This document shows positions 29,511 through 40,463 of a DNA stretch of 64,000 bases, piece after piece (positions within the stretch are counted from its first letter, which is position 1; each line of letters opens with the position of its first letter). Source of the stretch: Pirellulales bacterium (GTDB taxonomy: Bacteria > Planctomycetota > Planctomycetia > Pirellulales > JAICIG01); the NCBI GenBank assembly GCA_040901675.1, contig JBBDYJ010000038.1:160001-224000 (forward strand), read 5' to 3'. The translations under genes and the position numbers were made by a program. Under the pieces are notes generated by a model. That model saw only the letters and a list, made by a program, of their open reading frames with translations, was not told the origin of the DNA and did not search any database.

Positions 29511-30407
29511 TTACTCCCGGCCCTCCAAGGCGCCTGCCAGGTACTCGAGAACCAGCCGCCCGACGTCCACGTCCAGGGCCCGCGACAGCGCCTGCCAGCC
29601 GGGCACGGCATTCACTTCGATCGCGTACAACGTGCCGTCGCGCCCGGGCAGCAGGTCGACGCCCGCCAGCGGCGCCCCCACCGCCGCCGCGGCGCGGTGC
29701 GCCATCTCGACCAGCTCGGCCGACAATTCCAGCGGCTCGGCCTTGGCCCCCCGGCTGACGTTCGTCCGCCAGTCGAGCAGGTTGCGCCGCCGCACGCCCA
29801 GCACCCGTTGGCCGATGACCAGCAATCGCAGGTCAAAGCCTTCGTGCGCCACGAACTCTTGAAGGTACAGCACGGCGCCCAACTGTTCGAGCAGCTTGAA
29901 GGTCCGCAACGCCAAGGCCTCGTCGGTCAACCGGGCAATGCCGCGGCCTTCGGAGCCGAACAGCGGCTTGAGCACGACGTCGCCCCCCAGCTCGGCGAAA
30001 CCGGCCATGGCCGCCTCGGCCGTCTGGCACACGACCGTGCGGGGGATGGCCAGTCCGGCTTCGGCCAGCCGGGCCGAGGCCAGGAACTTGTCGACCGCCG
30101 CCTCCACCGCGCGGGCCGGGTTGACCACCAGCGTGCCGGCCGCCTCCACGCGAGCCAAGGCGTCCATGCGAAACACCACTTGTTCCAACGAGCCGGGGGG
30201 CATCGTGCGCACCAGCACCGCGTCGAAGTCCGCGAGCGCCGCCTGGGCACTGGCGACGACGGCCGTGGCAGCCTCACCGAACCGCGACGAGAGTGTCGAG
30301 CTCAAGTCGCGGAACGTCAGGGGGACCAGCTCATGGGCTCCGGCCGCAGCGCGCTTCAGATCGTTGAGATACCAGCTCCGCGGAGATCCGAGCACGGCCA
30401 GTCGCAT
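29511..30407 (-). CDS. RimK-family ATP-grasp ligase (H4MPT-cluster orf5-like)
   Basis: VRTMPPGSLEQVVFRMD, KPLFGSEGRG, WRTNVSRG and EVNAVPGW motifs; adjacent to mch. Confidence 0.88.
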   Translation of the reverse strand: MRLAVLGSPRSWYLNDLKRAAAGAHELVPLTFRDLSSTLSSRFGEAATAVVASAQAALADFDAVLVRTMPPGSLEQVVFRMDALARVEAAGTLVVNPARAVEAAVDKFLASARLAEAGLAIPRTVVCQTAEAAMAGFAELGGDVVLKPLFGSEGRGIARLTDEALALRTFKLLEQLGAVLYLQEFVAHEGFDLRLLVIGQRVLGVRRRNLLDWRTNVSRGAKAEPLELSAELVEMAHRAAAAVGAPLAGVDLLPGRDGTLYAIEVNAVPGWQALSRALDVDVGRLVLEYLAGALEGRE

Positions 30408-30423
30408 CCGGCGGGTACCCAAC

Positions 30424-31377
30424 TCAGCCGCTCCCTCCGCCCCCGAACGAGCGCTCGAGCACGCCGCGTTCGATCCGGCCGAAGCGCTGCGAAAGGCCCG
30501 TGTCCAGGTTGACAAACGTCACCACCGCCGGGCTGAACAAGAGCGGGTCGATCTGGTAAAAGTCGCCGTCGTACCGCTCGAAGATGCTGGCGAACGGCTC
30601 GCCGTGATCGGCCGAGGCGGAGCTGGGCACTCTCGGGCCGATTTCCGCCAGGCTGGCGTCGTCGCCGCGCACCCAGAGCACCACCTGGCCGCCGTACAGG
30701 ATGGCGTCGTTCGTGCGGCCGATGGCCGTGATGTCGTCGGCGGCCACCGGGGGCAACGGCGCGATGCCCCAGCCGCTCTCGACACGCGCCAGGTCGAAGC
30801 CCAGCTCGTGCAGCTTGTGCAAGGCGGTCTCGACCGAGCGGGCCACCACCTGCAGCGTGCCGGCCTGGCTGGCCGTGCGGGCGGCGAGCAGGGTCAGGTC
30901 CCCGACGCGGACACGGCATTGGGCGGCCAGTTCTTCAAAGACCTCGGCTGGCGGCCGTTGCGACGTCTCCAGCACGCCGACCACGCGGTCCGATTGTTCG
31001 CGAAAGCCGATCTGGTCGAAGAGGTCTTCGCTGCCCGCGGCGGCCCGCATCGGTCCGGAGCCCATGGCAAAGAACTTGTCCCGCGCGATCCGCCAACCCG
31101 CATACTGCGACGCCAGGCAGGCGGCCACGGGGTGGTCGGTGTGCACGGCCACGGCGGGACCACTGCCGACCTCCGTGGGGCAAGGCACCAGGCTGACTTC
31201 GCCCAGAGTGGCCATGCAAATCCGGGCCAGCTCCAGGCCGGCGCTCAATCCACCGCGCGACTCGACCCCCATATCCACGAGCCTGCCCCCGCCGACGTGG
31301 ACCAGCTCGGCGCGCAGCTCATGGCTGTGGACGATCAACAGTTCGGCGCTGGCGGCGGCCCGCTGATTGAGCTGCAT
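30424..31377 (-). CDS. mch: Methenyltetrahydromethanopterin cyclohydrolase
   Basis: ACLASQYAGW, MGSGPMRA, AIGRTNDAILYGG and FYQIDPLLFSPA motifs. Confidence 0.95.
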   Translation of the reverse strand: MQLNQRAAASAELLIVHSHELRAELVHVGGGRLVDMGVESRGGLSAGLELARICMATLGEVSLVPCPTEVGSGPAVAVHTDHPVAACLASQYAGWRIARDKFFAMGSGPMRAAAGSEDLFDQIGFREQSDRVVGVLETSQRPPAEVFEELAAQCRVRVGDLTLLAARTASQAGTLQVVARSVETALHKLHELGFDLARVESGWGIAPLPPVAADDITAIGRTNDAILYGGQVVLWVRGDDASLAEIGPRVPSSASADHGEPFASIFERYDGDFYQIDPLLFSPAVVTFVNLDTGLSQRFGRIERGVLERSFGGGGSG

Positions 31378-31605
31378 CCGCGGTGCTGACTTCTGGCTTC
31401 TGGGTGGTTTCGTTGCCGTCCGTTCAGCCCATCATTGCGTTTCGGCTTCCGGCACGCAACTATGCCCATCGTAGCTTGCCCGGGAGACGGGCCAGGAAGC
31501 AGCCACGAAGCCTGCCCTACCGCTGCTTGAAGGACGCCGCGCTTGCCGGCCGCGGAAGGCGGACAAAGCACAGTCGTCCACCGCCTCGCGGAGCACGCGT
31601 TTCGA

Positions 31606-32598
31606 CTACTTGCGCGTCGTCGTCGGTGGACGGCCCGCCGCGGCCGTGCCCGGCGTCTGGCCTGTCACTTGCTCCTGTGCCCCGGCGGCCTGCTGTGCCT
31701 GAATTGTGGATCGTCTGGCCCGACTCGCTCCGGCACGTGCCTCCGCGGTCTGCTGCAAGGCCGACTTCACGGCCAGTTGCTCTGCCAGCGCCGCAAACTG
31801 TTCGCGGTCCTTGGCCTCGACGTTCGTCAGGCGGGCCGCCATGGTTTGCATGCCGGGGTGGTTTCCCTCGGCCGCGCGGCTCAGGCTGGCCAGGAAGGCC
31901 GTGGTCTCGCGAAAGTTATGGTCGGCCGCGGCACCCACCAACGGCTGGAACGTCTTGGCCAGCACTTCGACGCCGGCGTGCTCCAACTGCAGAAAGGCGT
32001 CCAGCCGGCAGCTCACGTGGAAGCGGCCGCTCGTCTCGCGGCGATATCCGGTCCGCAGCACCAGCAGGCACCTTCCGCGCACAGGCCTGGTGAAGATAGG
32101 CCCTTCGTACGAGCCTTCGGCATACAGCAGGTGGACATCGTGGCTGCGGTAAAGGTACTCGACCCGTCCCAGCGTGCCGGAGCCGTCGTTGGCTTGAAAC
32201 GTGTTCTCACCCGTTCGGCTCAGCGCCACCTGGCTGATCCCCAGCACCTCCCAGATGTTGACGATCAGGTCGGGGTGCTCGACCAGAAACAAGTACAACG
32301 ACGGATCGCAGTCGATGACCTGGGACGGCAGCCGCCGATAAATGGTCGTCGACGCCAGCACCGACGACACTTTCGCGCGCGCCTCCCGGTTCAGCCTCGC
32401 ATAAGGGATCGAGCGCACTGCGTCGGCGCGGGCCTGCCGGCTGCTGCTCGCCTTCGCCGTTGTCTGGGCCTCCGCCTCGGCGGCGACGACGCCGCTCGGC
32501 AGCAACACGGCGATTGCCAGCCACAGCTTGCCGGCAACGTCCGGAAGCCTCGGCTTGTCGGACCAGCGACGCGCCCTTGCCTTGAAGACGTGCGACAT
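31606..32598 (-). CDS. Conserved hypothetical exported protein
   Basis: Long ORF with a signal-like hydrophobic stretch and a globular core (YRRLP...HPDLIVNIW). Start uncertain. Confidence 0.7.
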   Translation of the reverse strand: MSHVFKARARRWSDKPRLPDVAGKLWLAIAVLLPSGVVAAEAEAQTTAKASSSRQARADAVRSIPYARLNREARAKVSSVLASTTIYRRLPSQVIDCDPSLYLFLVEHPDLIVNIWEVLGISQVALSRTGENTFQANDGSGTLGRVEYLYRSHDVHLLYAEGSYEGPIFTRPVRGRCLLVLRTGYRRETSGRFHVSCRLDAFLQLEHAGVEVLAKTFQPLVGAAADHNFRETTAFLASLSRAAEGNHPGMQTMAARLTNVEAKDREQFAALAEQLAVKSALQQTAEARAGASRARRSTIQAQQAAGAQEQVTGQTPGTAAAGRPPTTTRK

Positions 32599-32792
32599 GC
32601 TCCCCCCTCGGAACGAACGCTTAGGCCGGCCACGCCCGCTGCGGCAGGCTATGCCGGTCCTACTGGTAATTCGGCTGCCGGCGGCGGGTGAGGCCAGCGA
32701 AATTTTGCGGCCTTGCGAACGGCTTTTCCGTTCTTCCTCCGCTGCCCAAATTGCCGGCACCCACCGCCAGAATCCCCCCCTCCCCGCCCGAG

Positions 32793-33111
32793 GTAGGAGC
32801 CTTCCCAGGCCGTCGGAGCCGGGCCAGCGAGCCCGTCGTCCTATTGATCCCTCGAAGCAGGTCGCAAGACTCGCCGGAGTCTGGAGCGGGACGTAGTGCG
32901 CGAGGGCGCACAAAAGATAGGTAGGATGGCCTTCCCAGGCCGTCAGAGCCGGGCTAGGAAGCGGCTAGGAAGCCCGTCGTCCTGAGCAGTAGCAGGACTC
33001 GCCAGGGTTCTGGGTGGGGTAGCGGACTCGCAGGTAGGATTGCCTTCCCGGGCCGTCGGCGCGGGCTACCAAGTCCGTCGTCGAAGTCGCAGGGACTCGC
33101 TGGAGTTCCGG
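32793..33111 (+). repeat. Three-unit BIME-like mosaic REP array
   Basis: Units start at 32793, 32921 and 33034: GTAGGA..GCCTTCCC(A/G)GGCCGTC, a partner ending CCGTCGTC, then GACTCGC..G.GT. Confidence 0.75.
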
Positions 33112-33208
33112 CGTGCGGTCACGTGGTTGCAAAGTAGCGTGCTGTGGGTATTCGTCTCGCCCTATCGCCTCCTCGCCTCATCGTCCCCCCTCCCCCCTTG
33201 TCACCTTG

Positions 33209-34762
33209 TCACCTTGTCGCCTCGTCGGCTTCCCGCCCCTTTCCCGCCACTCTTCCCTCCACCGCCTCGACCCTCTTGGCGGTCACATGCCGAGCGCGGT
33301 GCTCGGGCAGGTAGCCCAATGTGCCGGTGATGCCGACCTCGCGGTTCAAGTACGGTCGCAGGTTGAGCCCCGGCGCGGGCGAGACGTAATAGAGCACCTC
33401 GCCGGCTTCATTCAAAAGCGCGAACTGCGGTGCGCTCGGCTGCCGCGAGACGACCTGCGTCAGCCTGCCATGGCCATCGTAGCGCGGATCGGGCCTGCTC
33501 GGAGCGGCTGCATCGACCCCGTTGGCGGTCTCGATCAGTGGCTGATCGCGCTCATCGGTCTCGGCGCGAAGTCCCATCACGGTTTCGTAGCGCTCGCGCA
33601 GCTCGGCAAACTGGTCGATCTTGCGGAGCATCCGGCGGGCGCGGCCCCGCTCCAACGCCGTTCGCGACCGCTCGAGCAGCGCCTCGGCCCGCTGGCGAAC
33701 GTTGTCGAAATCCCAAGCGGTCGGCTCCTCGGCCACAATGGCCGACACCGCCAGGTCGATGTCTTCCAGTTCGTCCTTCAGGCCGGCAGGTCCTTTCGAT
33801 CGTGGCGCGACGCGCGGCCGGGGGTCGCCCTGCTCGGGCCGGTCGCCGGCGCGGAGCTTCGGGCCGTCGGCCGTCGGCTCATCTTCCGCCGCTTTGGACC
33901 AGCGGCCGGCCGGCTCTGCTTCTTCTCCATCGGCGGCATCTTCCGGCAATGGCTCGTCGTCGTCCAAGGGTTCGTCGTGGTCCAATGGCTCGTCGTAGTC
34001 CACCGGCAGCAGCCCGGCAGCGCCGCTGTCGTCGTCGCCGGCCGCGTCGTCCTCGTCCTCGGCTTGCCAGTCGTCGTCGGGCTCGCCGGCAGCCCCATCA
34101 TCATCGTCGGCCGCCGCAGTGTCGCCGGCTTCTTCAGGTTCGAAGCCGTGCTTGGCGATCAGCAGGTTATTGCGGGGTCCGGGCCGGCGGCGAGGTTTTT
34201 CAAGTTCGCGGTCTACGAACCTGCCCGACACCCAGCGGAATTCCCCGGCTGGCGGCGCGATTTTGTACCAGGTTTGGGCGGCCGCTCCGGTATGGAACGG
34301 CCGCGCTTCGAGCAGCGTTACCTTTTCGCCCCGGTCGAGCCTGACTTGGATCACGTCGCGGGTATCGCTGAACGCGCTGCCCACGCGGGCCACCACTCGG
34401 TCGCCCGCCACGACGGCCGTGCCGTCGTCTCCCGCTTCCAAAAACTCGGCCGAGACCCAACTGAAGCTTCCTTCGGGAGGTCGGATGGCATACCAGCCGC
34501 CCGGGTCGTGCCGGTAGACTTCGACCGCTTCGCCCCGGCCCAGCTTGAGCGCCGGATAGTACTTCTCTCCCGGACCGCTGCGGACGTCCACCTCGTCGGC
34601 CGTGATGTACGCCTTGTACGGAAACTGGTCATCGACCCCTTGGGCGGCCGACTGCCAGCAAGCCAGCGCCAGAACCAGGCTGGCGGCCGGCCAGGCTCGA
34701 AAGGCGGCAAGCTGGGTAAAGTGGCCGCGCGGGCGCGCGGCGATCGTCACGCGCGGGGGCAT
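33209..34762 (-). CDS. Exported SH3b-like domain protein with an acidic linker
   Basis: VDVRSGPGEKYYP...GWYAIRPP...WVS and a second WYKIAPP...RWVS; D/E-rich middle region. Confidence 0.78.
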   Translation of the reverse strand: MPPRVTIAARPRGHFTQLAAFRAWPAASLVLALACWQSAAQGVDDQFPYKAYITADEVDVRSGPGEKYYPALKLGRGEAVEVYRHDPGGWYAIRPPEGSFSWVSAEFLEAGDDGTAVVAGDRVVARVGSAFSDTRDVIQVRLDRGEKVTLLEARPFHTGAAAQTWYKIAPPAGEFRWVSGRFVDRELEKPRRRPGPRNNLLIAKHGFEPEEAGDTAAADDDDGAAGEPDDDWQAEDEDDAAGDDDSGAAGLLPVDYDEPLDHDEPLDDDEPLPEDAADGEEAEPAGRWSKAAEDEPTADGPKLRAGDRPEQGDPRPRVAPRSKGPAGLKDELEDIDLAVSAIVAEEPTAWDFDNVRQRAEALLERSRTALERGRARRMLRKIDQFAELRERYETVMGLRAETDERDQPLIETANGVDAAAPSRPDPRYDGHGRLTQVVSRQPSAPQFALLNEAGEVLYYVSPAPGLNLRPYLNREVGITGTLGYLPEHRARHVTAKRVEAVEGRVAGKGREADEATR

Positions 34763-34858
34763 ACAGCCTCCTGGGCGAACAGATAACTCGCTAGCGAAGG
34801 GAAAGGTCGGAAGCGGCCTTGTATCCGAATCGATTCACCCCCTCAAGATCACTTTAAT

Positions 34859-34921
34859 GTGCCACTGCTTGCCGTGTGCCACTGCTTGGAGTGACCGCCG
34901 TGGCGGTCGTGAGAAGCAGTG
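34859..34921 (+). repeat. GTGC-foot REP (GTGCCACTGCTT...AAGCAGTG) plus a partial copy
   Basis: Near-identical to 39615-39662, which flanks the RAYT. Confidence 0.8.
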
Positions 34922-35003
34922 CTGGTCCGAACTTGGATAGGATTCAAGCAGTCGCACCAGGCCACTCGGTCCGCCGAAGGCGGAGCAGTTCCAGTCGGCG
35001 GCG

Positions 35004-35029
35004 GACGGCACACGGAGTGTGCCTGCTGC
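35004..35029 (-). repeat. REP of the GTAGCAGGCACACTCCGTGTGCCGTC family
   Basis: Reverse-complement copy with one mismatch. Confidence 0.75.
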
Positions 35030-35108
35030 TAAACGCAGCGCCCCTACCAGCGGGGACGCGCGACCGATAAAATCGGCGGTTTCGCCTCCAGGAGCTTTTG
35101 GCCTCTCT

Positions 35109-37982
35109 ATGCCTCGCTATAACCCGGCTGTGATCGAGCCCAAGTGGCAGCGGTTCTGGGAACAAAACCGCACGTTTGCCACGCCGCGCCTGCCAAGAGG
35201 CGAAAAGCTCTATGTGCTCGACATGTTTCCCTACCCCAGCGGCGATGGGCTGCACGTCGGCCATCCCGAAGGATACACGGCCACCGATATCTATTGCCGC
35301 TACCAGCGGATGCGGGGCAAGACCGTCATGCACCCGATGGGCTGGGACGCCTTCGGACTGCCCGCCGAACAACATGCCATCAAGACCGGCACTCCGCCCC
35401 GCGTCACCACCGAAAAAAATATCGCCAACTTCCGCCGCCAGTTGAAGATGCTCGGCTTCAGCTACGATTGGGACCGCGAGCTGAGCACCACCGATCCCGA
35501 ATACTTCCGCTGGACGCAGTGGATCTTCCTCCAGTTGTTCGATACCTGGTACGACCACGCCAGCCAGCACGGACGGCCGATCGCCGAGCTGCCGATTCCC
35601 CCCGACGTCCACGCCGAAGGTCAGGACGCAGTGCGGCGGTACCGCGACGAACACCGGCTCGCCTACCAGCTCGAAGCGCCGGTCAACTGGTGCCCGGCCC
35701 TGGGCACCGTGCTGGCCAACGAGGAAGTCAAGGATGGCCGCAGCGAGCGGGGCGGCCACGAGGTGGTCCGCATCCCGCTGCGGCAATGGATGCTGCGGAT
35801 CACTGCTTATGCCGAGCGGTTGGAACAAGACCTGGAAGGCCTCCAGTGGTCGGAGGGAATCAAAGCACTCCAGCGCAACTGGATCGGCCGCAGCACCGGG
35901 GCCGAGGTCGATTTCTTTATCGGCCCGCCCCTGGGCAGCGCCACCGGGCAACCACCGCCGGCGGAGGCGGTCGCGGCCTGGCGGCGAATGCGGGCCGAGA
36001 AAAAGTATCCGGCCAAACCGGGCCGCGACGTGTTGCGGATTTACACCACCCGCCCCGATACGCTGTTCGGCGCTACGTACATGGTGCTCGCTCCGGAACA
36101 CCCGGAAGTCGAACGCTTGACCACGCCCGGACAGAAAGAGCAGGTGGCCGCCTACCAATCGCGGGCGGCCACCAAGAGCGACCTGGACCGCACCGATCTG
36201 GCCAAGGAAAAAACGGGTGTGTTCACCGGCTCGTACGCGATCAATCCCGTCAATGACGAAGCGGTGCCGATCTGGGTGGCCGACTACGTGCTCATGGGCT
36301 ACGGCACGGGAGCCATCATGGCGGTGCCGGCCCACGACACCCGCGATTTCGAGTTCGCCGTGGCTTACGGCCTGCCGATCCGCGCCGTGGTCGACCCGGA
36401 GCAGGACGCGGGCGACATCGCGCGCGGCGACGTGCTGGCTGGACGGGCGGCCTTCACCGGCGAGGGGCGGGCGATCAACTCGGGCCGGTACGATGGTCTG
36501 CCGACGGGCGAGTTCAAACAGCGGATCACGGCCGACCTGGCGCAGCAGGGATTGGGCCGCGAAGCGGTCAACTACAAGCTGCGCGACTGGCTGTTCAGCC
36601 GGCAGCATTTCTGGGGCGAGCCGTTCCCGATCCTGCACGAGCTCGACGCTCAGGGCAGGCCGACCGGCCTGGTCCGCCCGGTCGAGGAAGACCGCCTGCC
36701 GGTCGAGCTGCCCGAGATGCTGGGTTTCAAGCCGCATGGCCGCCCCGATCCTCCCTTGGAGCAAGCGCCTGCCGACTGGCTCTACCCGGTGATCGACGGC
36801 GTCAAGTACAAGCGCGAGACGAACTCGATGCCGCAGTGGGCCGGCTCGTGCTGGTATTACCTGCGGTTTCTCGACCCGCGGAACCAGGAGCGGCTGGTCG
36901 ATCCGGCGGTGGAGCGGGCCTGGATGCCGGTCGACCTCTACGTCGGCGGGGCCGAGCACGCGGTGTTGCACCTGCTCTACGCCCGCTTCTGGCACAAGGT
37001 GCTGTTCGACCGCGGCCTGGTGAGCACGCCCGAACCGTTCCAGAGGCTGGTGAACCAGGGGATGATCCTGGGCGAGGTCGAAGTCACCGGATATCGCCGC
37101 GCCGATGGCTCGTGGGTCAGCGCCTCGGAAGTGGTGCTCGATGCCCAGGGCAAGCCGGTGCTCAAGCGCGGCGGCGAGCAGGTGTCGAGTGTTCGAGTCG
37201 CGGTGGCCGATGCCCAGAAGCAGGGCGAGAGCTTCGTGCTCGCCGCGCAGCCGGAGATCAGGCTCGACAGCCGGGCCCACAAGATGTCCAAGAGCCGCGG
37301 CAACGTGGTCAACCCCGACTCGGTCGTGGCCGAGTATGGGGCCGACTCGTTGCGGCTGTACGAGATGTTCATGGGGCCCCTGGAAGCCACCAAGCCCTGG
37401 AGCATGGAGGGAGTCAGCGGGGTCCGCGGCTTTTTGGACCGCGCCTGGCGGATGATCACCACCGAGCGCAGCGAGGCGTTGGAGCTGAACGCGGCGGTCC
37501 GGGACATCCCCTGCACGGCCCAGCAGGCTCGCATCCTGCACAAAACCATCCAGGGCGTCACGCAGGACATCGAGAAGCTCTCGTTCAATACGGCCATCGC
37601 CAAGATGATGGAGTTCACCAACTTCTTTTTGAAGGAAGAGCAGCGGCCCAGGGAGGCGATGGAGAAGCTGGTGCTGATCCTGTCTCCGTTTGCTCCGCAC
37701 CTGGCCGAGGAGCTGTGGAGGCTGCTGGGGCACGCCGATACGCTGGCCTACGAGCCGTGGCCCGCGTTCGACGAGTCGCTGATCCGCGAGGACACCGTCG
37801 AAGTGCCGGTGCAGGTCAACGGCAAGGTCCGCGGCCGCGTGAGCGTGCCGGTCGGCGCCGGCGCGGCCGAGTTGGAAGCGGCGGCCCGCGGCGACGCGCG
37901 GATCGCCGATCAGTTGGCCGGCAAGACGATCGTCAAGGTCATCGTGGTGCCGGGCCGCATGGTCAACTTCGTCGTCAAGTAG
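35109..37982 (+). CDS. leuS: Leucine--tRNA ligase
   Basis: [30 protein letters not shown] and KMSKS motifs. Confidence 0.98.
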   Translation: MPRYNPAVIEPKWQRFWEQNRTFATPRLPRGEKLYVLDMFPYPSGDGLHVGHPEGYTATDIYCRYQRMRGKTVMHPMGWDAFGLPAEQHAIKTGTPPRVTTEKNIANFRRQLKMLGFSYDWDRELSTTDPEYFRWTQWIFLQLFDTWYDHASQHGRPIAELPIPPDVHAEGQDAVRRYRDEHRLAYQLEAPVNWCPALGTVLANEEVKDGRSERGGHEVVRIPLRQWMLRITAYAERLEQDLEGLQWSEGIKALQRNWIGRSTGAEVDFFIGPPLGSATGQPPPAEAVAAWRRMRAEKKYPAKPGRDVLRIYTTRPDTLFGATYMVLAPEHPEVERLTTPGQKEQVAAYQSRAATKSDLDRTDLAKEKTGVFTGSYAINPVNDEAVPIWVADYVLMGYGTGAIMAVPAHDTRDFEFAVAYGLPIRAVVDPEQDAGDIARGDVLAGRAAFTGEGRAINSGRYDGLPTGEFKQRITADLAQQGLGREAVNYKLRDWLFSRQHFWGEPFPILHELDAQGRPTGLVRPVEEDRLPVELPEMLGFKPHGRPDPPLEQAPADWLYPVIDGVKYKRETNSMPQWAGSCWYYLRFLDPRNQERLVDPAVERAWMPVDLYVGGAEHAVLHLLYARFWHKVLFDRGLVSTPEPFQRLVNQGMILGEVEVTGYRRADGSWVSASEVVLDAQGKPVLKRGGEQVSSVRVAVADAQKQGESFVLAAQPEIRLDSRAHKMSKSRGNVVNPDSVVAEYGADSLRLYEMFMGPLEATKPWSMEGVSGVRGFLDRAWRMITTERSEALELNAAVRDIPCTAQQARILHKTIQGVTQDIEKLSFNTAIAKMMEFTNFFLKEEQRPREAMEKLVLILSPFAPHLAEELWRLLGHADTLAYEPWPAFDESLIREDTVEVPVQVNGKVRGRVSVPVGAGAAELEAAARGDARIADQLAGKTIVKVIVVPGRMVNFVVK

Positions 37983-38007
37983 CCTGCCTGGTCAAGTAAC
38001 TTCGTGG

Positions 38008-38553
38008 TCAAGTAGCCTGCCGCAGCTCGTCCAGCGCGGCGGCGAAGGCGCCGTAGGCGCCGGCGGTGAACAGTACAAAGCGGACCAGCTCCGGCCGGTC
38101 GTGTTCCAAGATGAACGACCGGGCCGTCGCCAGGGCGATGCGGCTCGCCTGGTCGATGGGAAAGCCATAGGCGCCGGCCGACAGCGCGGGCAGTGCCATG
38201 CTGCCGCAATCGTGCTGGCGCGCCAGCTCGAACGAGCGGCGGTAGGCGCCCGCCAGCAGGTCGGCCTCGCCTGATGCTCCGCCCCGCCAGACCGGGCCGA
38301 CGGCATGGATCACGTAGCGGGCGGCCAGGTTGCCCGCCGCCGTGATCACCGCGGAGCCGGTCGGGCAGCCTCCCGGATACCGCCGGCCCGTCTCCGCCAT
38401 GATGGCTGGTCCGCCGCGGGCATGGATCGCCCCGTCCACGCCGCCGCCGCCAGCCAGGCGGCTGTTGGCGGCGTTCACGATCGCATCGACCTCTTCCTCG
38501 GTAATGTCGCCCTGGTGCAGCTCGATCGCACTTTGGTTGATTTCCAGTCGCAT
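38008..38553 (-). CDS. Macro-domain O-acetyl-ADP-ribose deacetylase (YmdB-like)
   Basis: GDIT, AIVNAAN, GGGGVDGAIH and VIHAVGP motifs. Confidence 0.92.
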   Translation of the reverse strand: MRLEINQSAIELHQGDITEEEVDAIVNAANSRLAGGGGVDGAIHARGGPAIMAETGRRYPGGCPTGSAVITAAGNLAARYVIHAVGPVWRGGASGEADLLAGAYRRSFELARQHDCGSMALPALSAGAYGFPIDQASRIALATARSFILEHDRPELVRFVLFTAGAYGAFAAALDELRQAT

Positions 38554-38702
38554 GGCGATGGCGCCTGTCTTGCTGGTCCGTCCGGGGTTCCCGATGTACC
38601 CCCGTACCGCCCCTCCGGCCTCAAAACCGGCTTTATTCTAACACCCGGCCTGATGCGCATGCTAAACTTGTTGACTCCAAAAGTGCTCTCCCGCTGAGGC
38701 GC

Positions 38703-39605
38703 GTGATGATGCGGATGCTGGGTCGAACCGTGCTGGTTCTTGCGGTGCTTGTGGCGCCGCTCAGGGCGGCCGACATTTTTGTCAACAACGTCGGTGGCGA
38801 CGACCTGTTCGATGGCAGCCAGGAAACCTCCGCGGGAAGCGGCGGCCCTGTCCGGTCGCTCCGCAAGGCCCTGCTGGTGGCCCGCTCCGGCGACCGCATC
38901 GTGTTGGCCAACACGGGCGAACCATACCGCGAGAGCATCAGTCTCTTGGCGGCCAACCATTGCGGCAACGCCATCGACACCTTTGTGATCGACGGCCGCG
39001 GGGCCACGCTCGACGGGTCCGTCAGCGTGCCGGAAGATGCCTGGGAGCATTTCAGCGAGCACGTGTTCCGCTTCCGTCCCCAGCGGTCGGCCTACCAGCA
39101 ACTGTTTCTGGACGGCCGGCCGGCGCTGCGCCATCGCGTCGACAAAGCCAGCGGGCAGCGTCCCGACCTGGGGCCGCTCGAGTGGTACCTTCACGAGGGG
39201 CACATCTACTTCCGCGTCGAGCCCGGGCGGCTTCCCGCGCAATATCCGCTCACGTACGCTGGGATGCAGACTGGGATCACTTTGTATCACGTGCACGACG
39301 TGGCGATTGTGGACCTCGTCGTGCAGGGCTTTCAGCTCGACGGCATCAACGCGCACGACGGCGTCCGCGGTTGTTACCTGTCCGGGATCACCTGCCGCGG
39401 CAACGGCCGCAGCGGCGTGACCGTGGCCGGTTCGTCGCGCGTTCAGATGCAGGACTGCCTGCTGGGCGACAACGGCGAGTCACAGCTTCGGGTCGAAGGC
39501 CTGGCCATCGCCTCGCTGATCGACTGCGAGCTCTTGCCCAACACGGCTCCCGCCTTCGTCCGCCCCAGCGGCCGCCTCTTCATCGACGGCCGCCGGCAGG
39601 ATTGA
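38703..39605 (+). CDS. Secreted right-handed beta-helix protein
   Basis: Signal peptide; IFVNNVGGDD...GPVRSL; DGINAHD...GNGRSG repeats. Confidence 0.78.
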   Translation: MMMRMLGRTVLVLAVLVAPLRAADIFVNNVGGDDLFDGSQETSAGSGGPVRSLRKALLVARSGDRIVLANTGEPYRESISLLAANHCGNAIDTFVIDGRGATLDGSVSVPEDAWEHFSEHVFRFRPQRSAYQQLFLDGRPALRHRVDKASGQRPDLGPLEWYLHEGHIYFRVEPGRLPAQYPLTYAGMQTGITLYHVHDVAIVDLVVQGFQLDGINAHDGVRGCYLSGITCRGNGRSGVTVAGSSRVQMQDCLLGDNGESQLRVEGLAIASLIDCELLPNTAPAFVRPSGRLFIDGRRQD

Positions 39606-39614
39606 CCCGGTCCC

Positions 39615-39662
39615 GTGTGCCACTGCTTGGAGTGGCCGCCCTGGCGGCCGCGAGAAGCAGTG
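39615..39662 (+). repeat. REP on the left of the RAYT
   Basis: GTGTGCCACTGCTT-GGAGTGGCCGCCCTGGCGGCCGCGAG-AAGCAGTG. Confidence 0.8.
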
Positions 39663-39708
39663 ATTGTCCGAAAGTTACCAAATTGGGAATCATAGAAGAA
39701 CGTTTGCC

Positions 39709-40317
39709 ATGTGGACCCCCTCGTTCGTTCGCCGAAAGCTCGTCAAGCACTACGACAATGGGGAAGCTCATTTTCTCACGTTTTCGTGTTACCACAGGTT
39801 GCCGCTGCTGTCGAAGGACCGGACCCGGCGGTGGTTTCTCGAAGCCTTGAACGAAGCGCGGGAGACTCACGGTTTTCATCTCTGGGGTTGGGTCATCATG
39901 CCTGAACATATTCACTTGCTCGTCTGGCCTCCTGCCTTGCCGATCGACGCTGATCCGGCATCTAGCAAGGGCAAAACTGCGGGGATTCTTGCGGACCTGA
40001 AACGCCCCGTGGCACAGAGGGCCATCTCGTATCTTGAGGAGCATGCGCCGGATTTTCTCCAACGGCTGACCGTTCGCAATCGCCACCGGACGTATCGGCG
40101 GTTCTGGCAAGCGGGATCCGGCTACGACGAGAACGTGAGCGACGCCGGAATCCTCCATGAAGTTGTTGCCTACATTCACAACAATCCAGTACGGCGTGGT
40201 CTGGTCGAGCGTGCCGAAGAGTGGCCCTGGTCGAGCGCATGCGACTGGTCGGGAGGGCCAACCCACTCGCTTTGCCTTGTCGATCGGTCGATCCCCCAAG
40301 TCCACCGCACTGTTTGA
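39709..40317 (+). mobile_element. REP-associated tyrosine (Y1/HUH) transposase, RAYT
   Basis: HFLTF, VIMPEHIHLL (HUH), FWQ..GYD, YIHNNPV.RGLV and WPWSS motifs. Confidence 0.9.
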
Positions 40318-40463
40318 CCTCCTGTGGTACTGCTTGAAGGCTGCTGGAGTTGCCATTTCCCGAAGGCAGACGACGTAGCGCCACCAGGACAAGCAGCCGC
40401 GAAGCACAGCTCGTCGCGAGTTGGGACGAACCGATCGGAGACCTTCTCGGCAACGCCATACGG

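Noticed and set aside
32793..33111. Possible CRISPR or ncRNA array
   Set aside because: The repeats are degenerate and the intervening sequences resemble each other rather than being unique spacers.
34944..37733. 929-aa antisense ORF, and similar ones such as 18583-20718 and 340-1278
   Set aside because: These are shadow frames of leuS, the sulfatase and DUF1501, as expected in high-GC DNA.
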